Origin: Candidatus Latescibacterota bacterium
GTDB taxonomy: Bacteria > Latescibacterota > UBA2968
DNA length: 64,000 nt
Assembly: GCA_965208125.1 (NCBI GenBank)
Contig: OZ242320.1
Span: 320,001-384,000, forward strand
Reading direction: 5' to 3'
The notes below the pieces were generated by a model. The model did no database searches, was not told the DNA's origin, and worked only from the letters and a program-made list of their open reading frames with translations. The stretch's first letter is position 1; every line of letters begins with the position of its first letter. The position numbers and the translations under genes are program-made. Of this stretch, positions 60,290-64,000 are shown one piece after another.

Positions 60290-61831
60290 ATGCTTGGACT
60301 ACATCTGCTGGACTTTGCCACGCTCGCCATCTATTTAATCGGCATCATGATTGCCGGCCTATGGGTCGCCCGAAAAATCAAAAATACGGGCGACTATTTT
60401 ATGGGTGGGCGCAGCTTTGGCAAAGCATTTATGATCATGCACGCCTTTGGCACCGGCACCCACACCGATCAGGCCGTAACCGTTGCAGGCGCCTCCTACA
60501 AATTGGGCATGGCGGGAATATGGTATCAATGGCTCTACTTATTCGCCACTCCCTTCTACTGGCTCATCGCGCCAATATGGCGAAGACTGCGCTATCTCAC
60601 CATCGCGGATTTCTTTGAAGACCGATTCAGCAACTCGCTCGGTTACTTCTACGCCCTCTATGGCCTGCTCTACTTTGCCATACAAATAGGCATCATGCTT
60701 CTGGGCACCGGCAAAACAGCCAGCGCCATGACCGGCGGCGCGATTTCACCCGAAATCGCCATCGGTGTTATGACCGTCCTCTTCCTCTCCTACGGCCTCT
60801 TAGGCGGCCTGCCCGCGGCTATCATCACCGACTTTATTCAGGGCATCTTCATCATCGTCCTCTCTTTTCTCCTCGTCCCCTTTGTCATCGACGGCGTCGG
60901 CGGTTTCACTGGCCTTCACCAGCAAGTACCCATTGAAAAATTCAGCCTCGAAGCACCCGGCGATCCCCCGGCCGGATACGACCGCATCACGCCCTTCTTC
61001 ATCGTCATGGTCGTCATCAATGCCCTCGTCGGCATCATTGCCCAACCCCACCACATGGAAATTGGCGGCGCGGGCAAAACCGAACGCGAAGCCCGCGTGG
61101 GCTTCACATACGGCAACATGATCAAACGCCTCTGCACCGTAGCCTGGGCATTTACCGGCGTAGCCTGCATTGCCCTTTATCCCAACATCGACGACCCCGA
61201 ACACGCTTTTGGGCTCGCCTCGCGCGACCTCCTGCCCATCGGTCTCATCGGCATCATGCTCGCCTCGATGATCGCCGCGGTCATGTCCACCTGCGACTCA
61301 TTCATGGTCGATGGCGCCGCCCTCTTTGTCGAAAACTTTTACAAACCCCTCTTCAAGCCCGAAGCCGACGACAAACACTACCTCACCACAGGCCGCATCG
61401 TCGCCCTCATACTCGTCATATTCGGTATTATCATCGCGCTCTACTTCACCTCTGTCGTCGCAATTATCCGCCTCTCCTGGTCGCTCGTGGCATTCTTCGG
61501 GATTGCCTTTTGGGGAGGAATTCTCTGGCGCAGGTGCAATGCGCCCGGAGCCTGGGCGGGCCTGATCGTCTCGGCATTATTATTCGCCATATCTGGTCAA
61601 ACAATCATCAATTTGGAAAGCCTGGGCATCTACATCGGTGGCCTCGACTGGGAATTGCCCTATCGCTACGTACTCTACATCGCTGGTGGCTTTGCCGCAC
61701 TCATCATCGTAAGCAAACTCACCAAGCCGCAAGACAAAGAGCGACTCGACCGCTTTTACACCTTGCTCCACACACCTGTGGGACAAGAGCACAAATTGCG
61801 TGAAGCTGGCATAAAAGTCGTTATGGAGTAA
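60290..61831 (+). CDS. Sodium:solute symporter (SSS) family transporter
   Basis: DYFMGGR, AAIITDFIQG, AAVMSTCDS; about 13 TMs. Confidence 0.9.
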   Translation: MLGLHLLDFATLAIYLIGIMIAGLWVARKIKNTGDYFMGGRSFGKAFMIMHAFGTGTHTDQAVTVAGASYKLGMAGIWYQWLYLFATPFYWLIAPIWRRLRYLTIADFFEDRFSNSLGYFYALYGLLYFAIQIGIMLLGTGKTASAMTGGAISPEIAIGVMTVLFLSYGLLGGLPAAIITDFIQGIFIIVLSFLLVPFVIDGVGGFTGLHQQVPIEKFSLEAPGDPPAGYDRITPFFIVMVVINALVGIIAQPHHMEIGGAGKTEREARVGFTYGNMIKRLCTVAWAFTGVACIALYPNIDDPEHAFGLASRDLLPIGLIGIMLASMIAAVMSTCDSFMVDGAALFVENFYKPLFKPEADDKHYLTTGRIVALILVIFGIIIALYFTSVVAIIRLSWSLVAFFGIAFWGGILWRRCNAPGAWAGLIVSALLFAISGQTIINLESLGIYIGGLDWELPYRYVLYIAGGFAALIIVSKLTKPQDKERLDRFYTLLHTPVGQEHKLREAGIKVVME

Positions 61832-61840
61832 GGAATCGTC

Positions 61841-63382
61841 ATGCGTCTCAGAGCCATATTGCTTATCGCCGCGCTCTACACGAGTATAGGGCACTCCCCT
61901 CAAGCTGCGGACCTTGCGCTGCATCTAAAAACTGACCAGACGCAAACCCTTCCCAAAAGCCTCTATGGCTTCAACACAAACATGATGAGCGGTGACTACG
62001 GTTATCTCGACTCCAACTTCGTCGCGCTCACAAAAGACCTGCAACCCCAGATACTGCGTTTTCCCGGAGGCACAATCGGCAATTTTTACCACTGGAAAAT
62101 AGCTGGATTTATCCAGAGCGAAATGAGTTCAACCAGCAACGAGCAACTCAACAGACGAAACAGAGGCAATTTTGTCAGACTGAGAAAAAGGAGAAATGGA
62201 AGACTCGCATTTGACGACTTCATGCAGATGTGCAACGCGCTAAAAATAACGCCCATCGTAGTCGTCAACCTGTGGACGGGGAGCCCGGAAGAAAGTGCTG
62301 GATGGGTCCAATACGCAAAAAACAAAGGATATGAAATCGCGCATTGGGAACTCGGCAACGAGCATTATCTGCCGTGGTACGCGGAAAAATACCCCTCTGC
62401 CGAAACCTATATCGCGCAAGCCAAAAAACATGCAGAGGCAATGAAAGCCGTTGACCCAACCATAAAAGTCTCGGTTTGTGCAAGCCCGGTAGCCTTCCAC
62501 AAAAACGGCTTTGAAAAAAACGTGGATCAACGCAAATGGGATAGTGCATTGGCGGCAGCGGATCAATTTTACGACGCCTATACCGTTCACGTCTATGCTT
62601 ATCGAACCGCTCGAAAAAAAGAAATTGAGGAATATCGGGGCTATCTCTTTGGTTGGATCCACTGCGATTTCGATGACGCCATGGACTATTATGAAAAACT
62701 ATTCCCCAACGTGGAAATGTGGATAACAGAGTGGAATATCGCCAACCCCGCAAACCGGGTCGCCAACACACAACTCCACGCCATGTACACGGGCGATTTC
62801 TTCTTAAAAATGCTCACATACCCGCGCATTACCCATGCAAATTTTCACGTCATTGCTGGCCCCGGCAAAGGATTCCCCGCATTCTCCCCAATCACCCCCC
62901 CATCGCCGAGAACCAATTGGAAATACGGAGGTGAACCAGAGGCAGATTTTGGAAAAACAATCCGGCGCGCCACCTACTACCCCCTTCAGTTAATCGGAGA
63001 AGCATTCGCGGAATCGGACACAAAATTCTCCCTCTCCATCCAAAATCCACCCATCCTCAATGGACAACTCGAATACGAGGGAAAACAAATACCGGGCGTT
63101 CAAGCACAGGCAGTCGGAAATGCCTCGCACCTTTTTGTACTCATCAGCAACCGCACAGCAGACGACCTATCGCCGAGCCTCGCCATCGACGGCAAAAAAT
63201 ATGAAGGCACGCTCACATATCGCTACGTAGCCCATGAAAGACTCAATGCATCAAATGGCGGCAATGCGGAAATGGAAGGCGCGGGCAAAATAGAAGTCGC
63301 AATCCGCGAATGGTCTGGTGCTTGCAATAATCTCTTGATTCCCAAAAACAGTTTTGGCATTTTAGTGTTATCGCTCAAATAA
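61841..63382 (+). CDS. Secreted clan GH-A glycoside hydrolase (GH51/GH79-like)
   Basis: Signal peptide; LRFPGG, WELGNE (acid/base), VHVY, ITEWN (nucleophile). Confidence 0.7.
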   Translation: MRLRAILLIAALYTSIGHSPQAADLALHLKTDQTQTLPKSLYGFNTNMMSGDYGYLDSNFVALTKDLQPQILRFPGGTIGNFYHWKIAGFIQSEMSSTSNEQLNRRNRGNFVRLRKRRNGRLAFDDFMQMCNALKITPIVVVNLWTGSPEESAGWVQYAKNKGYEIAHWELGNEHYLPWYAEKYPSAETYIAQAKKHAEAMKAVDPTIKVSVCASPVAFHKNGFEKNVDQRKWDSALAAADQFYDAYTVHVYAYRTARKKEIEEYRGYLFGWIHCDFDDAMDYYEKLFPNVEMWITEWNIANPANRVANTQLHAMYTGDFFLKMLTYPRITHANFHVIAGPGKGFPAFSPITPPSPRTNWKYGGEPEADFGKTIRRATYYPLQLIGEAFAESDTKFSLSIQNPPILNGQLEYEGKQIPGVQAQAVGNASHLFVLISNRTADDLSPSLAIDGKKYEGTLTYRYVAHERLNASNGGNAEMEGAGKIEVAIREWSGACNNLLIPKNSFGILVLSLK

Positions 63383-63399
63383 CTCCCGAGGAGGCTATT

Positions 63400-63519
63400 A
63401 TGTTTGGCCTTGAAATTCGCAAACCATCCAAAGAAACAGTCATAGGATTCATCGTCACCTGGATCTGTGTGATCGGCATTATCTTTCTCACACTCGCCCT
63501 CGTCCGCATCGGTGCATAA
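63400..63519 (+). CDS. Small 39-aa single-TM protein (absent from the ORF track)
   Basis: GAGGAGG RBS; MFGLEIRKPSKETVIGFIVTWICVIGIIFLTLALVRIGA*; fills the gap between co-oriented genes. Confidence 0.75.
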   Translation: MFGLEIRKPSKETVIGFIVTWICVIGIIFLTLALVRIGA

Positions 63520-63531
63520 AGGACTTATCCC

Positions 63532-63999
63532 ATGATCCGAAAATACCGCCCTGAAGACCTCGAAGCTCTCAAAGAAATCACCGTTATCTGCTTTGATGGG
63601 GTATCGATTGACCAGAACATCGAAAAAAACTTCGGTCAATTTGCCGACACAGATTGGAAAACACGCAAAGCCAAACACATAGACGCGGACGTCGCAGCCA
63701 ATGCCGACGGCATCTTCGTTTGGGAAGACAACGGCAAAGTCGCGGCCTACATCACCACGCGCATCGACCATGAAAGCAAAATAGGCGGCATACCCAACCT
63801 CGCCGTCTTGCCCGAATACCAGGGCAAAGGAATCGGCAAAGCATTGATGACAGCCGCCTTTGACTATTTTGAAGAACAGGAAATGGCCGTGGCCAAAATC
63901 GAAACCCTCGACCAGAATCCCGTTGGACAGAACTTTTATCCGCGCTCGGGCTTTACCGCAGTCGCCCGACAAATCCACTACGCAATGCCCATGAAAGAT
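63532..63999 (+). CDS. GNAT acetyltransferase, 3' truncated by window edge
   Basis: MIRKYRPEDL..., NLAVLPEYQGKGIG acetyl-CoA motif, FYPRSGF; AAGGA RBS. Confidence 0.85.
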   Translation, partial: MIRKYRPEDLEALKEITVICFDGVSIDQNIEKNFGQFADTDWKTRKAKHIDADVAANADGIFVWEDNGKVAAYITTRIDHESKIGGIPNLAVLPEYQGKGIGKALMTAAFDYFEEQEMAVAKIETLDQNPVGQNFYPRSGFTAVARQIHYAMPMKD

Positions 64000-64000
64000 C

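Overview
64-kb bacterial chromosomal window, roughly 50% GC by eye, gene-dense and mostly catabolic or housekeeping. Two DUF6785/6784-type membrane proteins, sulfatases, a heparinase II/III-like lyase, a PhyH dioxygenase, a Na+-pumping decarboxylase and an SSS symporter suggest a marine heterotroph of the Latescibacterota/Gemmatimonadota/Poribacteria type (inference only). About 55 CDSs are supported, including leuB, nagB, pgl, oadGBA with birA, yejABEF, glnB-glnE, glgB, crcB and an intact brnT/brnA-like pair. I saw no rRNA, tRNA, CRISPR array, integrase or transposase. Signals the ORF track misses: (1) a toxin-antitoxin graveyard with a HigA C-terminal remnant, an intact RHH antitoxin and a mazF reduced to 26 codons by an apparent internal deletion; (2) a 39-aa membrane ORF resembling a split-off last helix of the upstream SSS symporter; (3) a composite heptamer-repeat mini-element at several gene ends; (4) GTAG/REP-like leader hairpins, two sharing AGACGTAG; (5) a diguanylate cyclase with a likely degenerate second GGDEF domain; (6) a divergently promoted locus of deacylases, a lyase and a DUF6785 importer, part of it with opposite GC skew. 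All family assignments come from motif recognition, not database searches.
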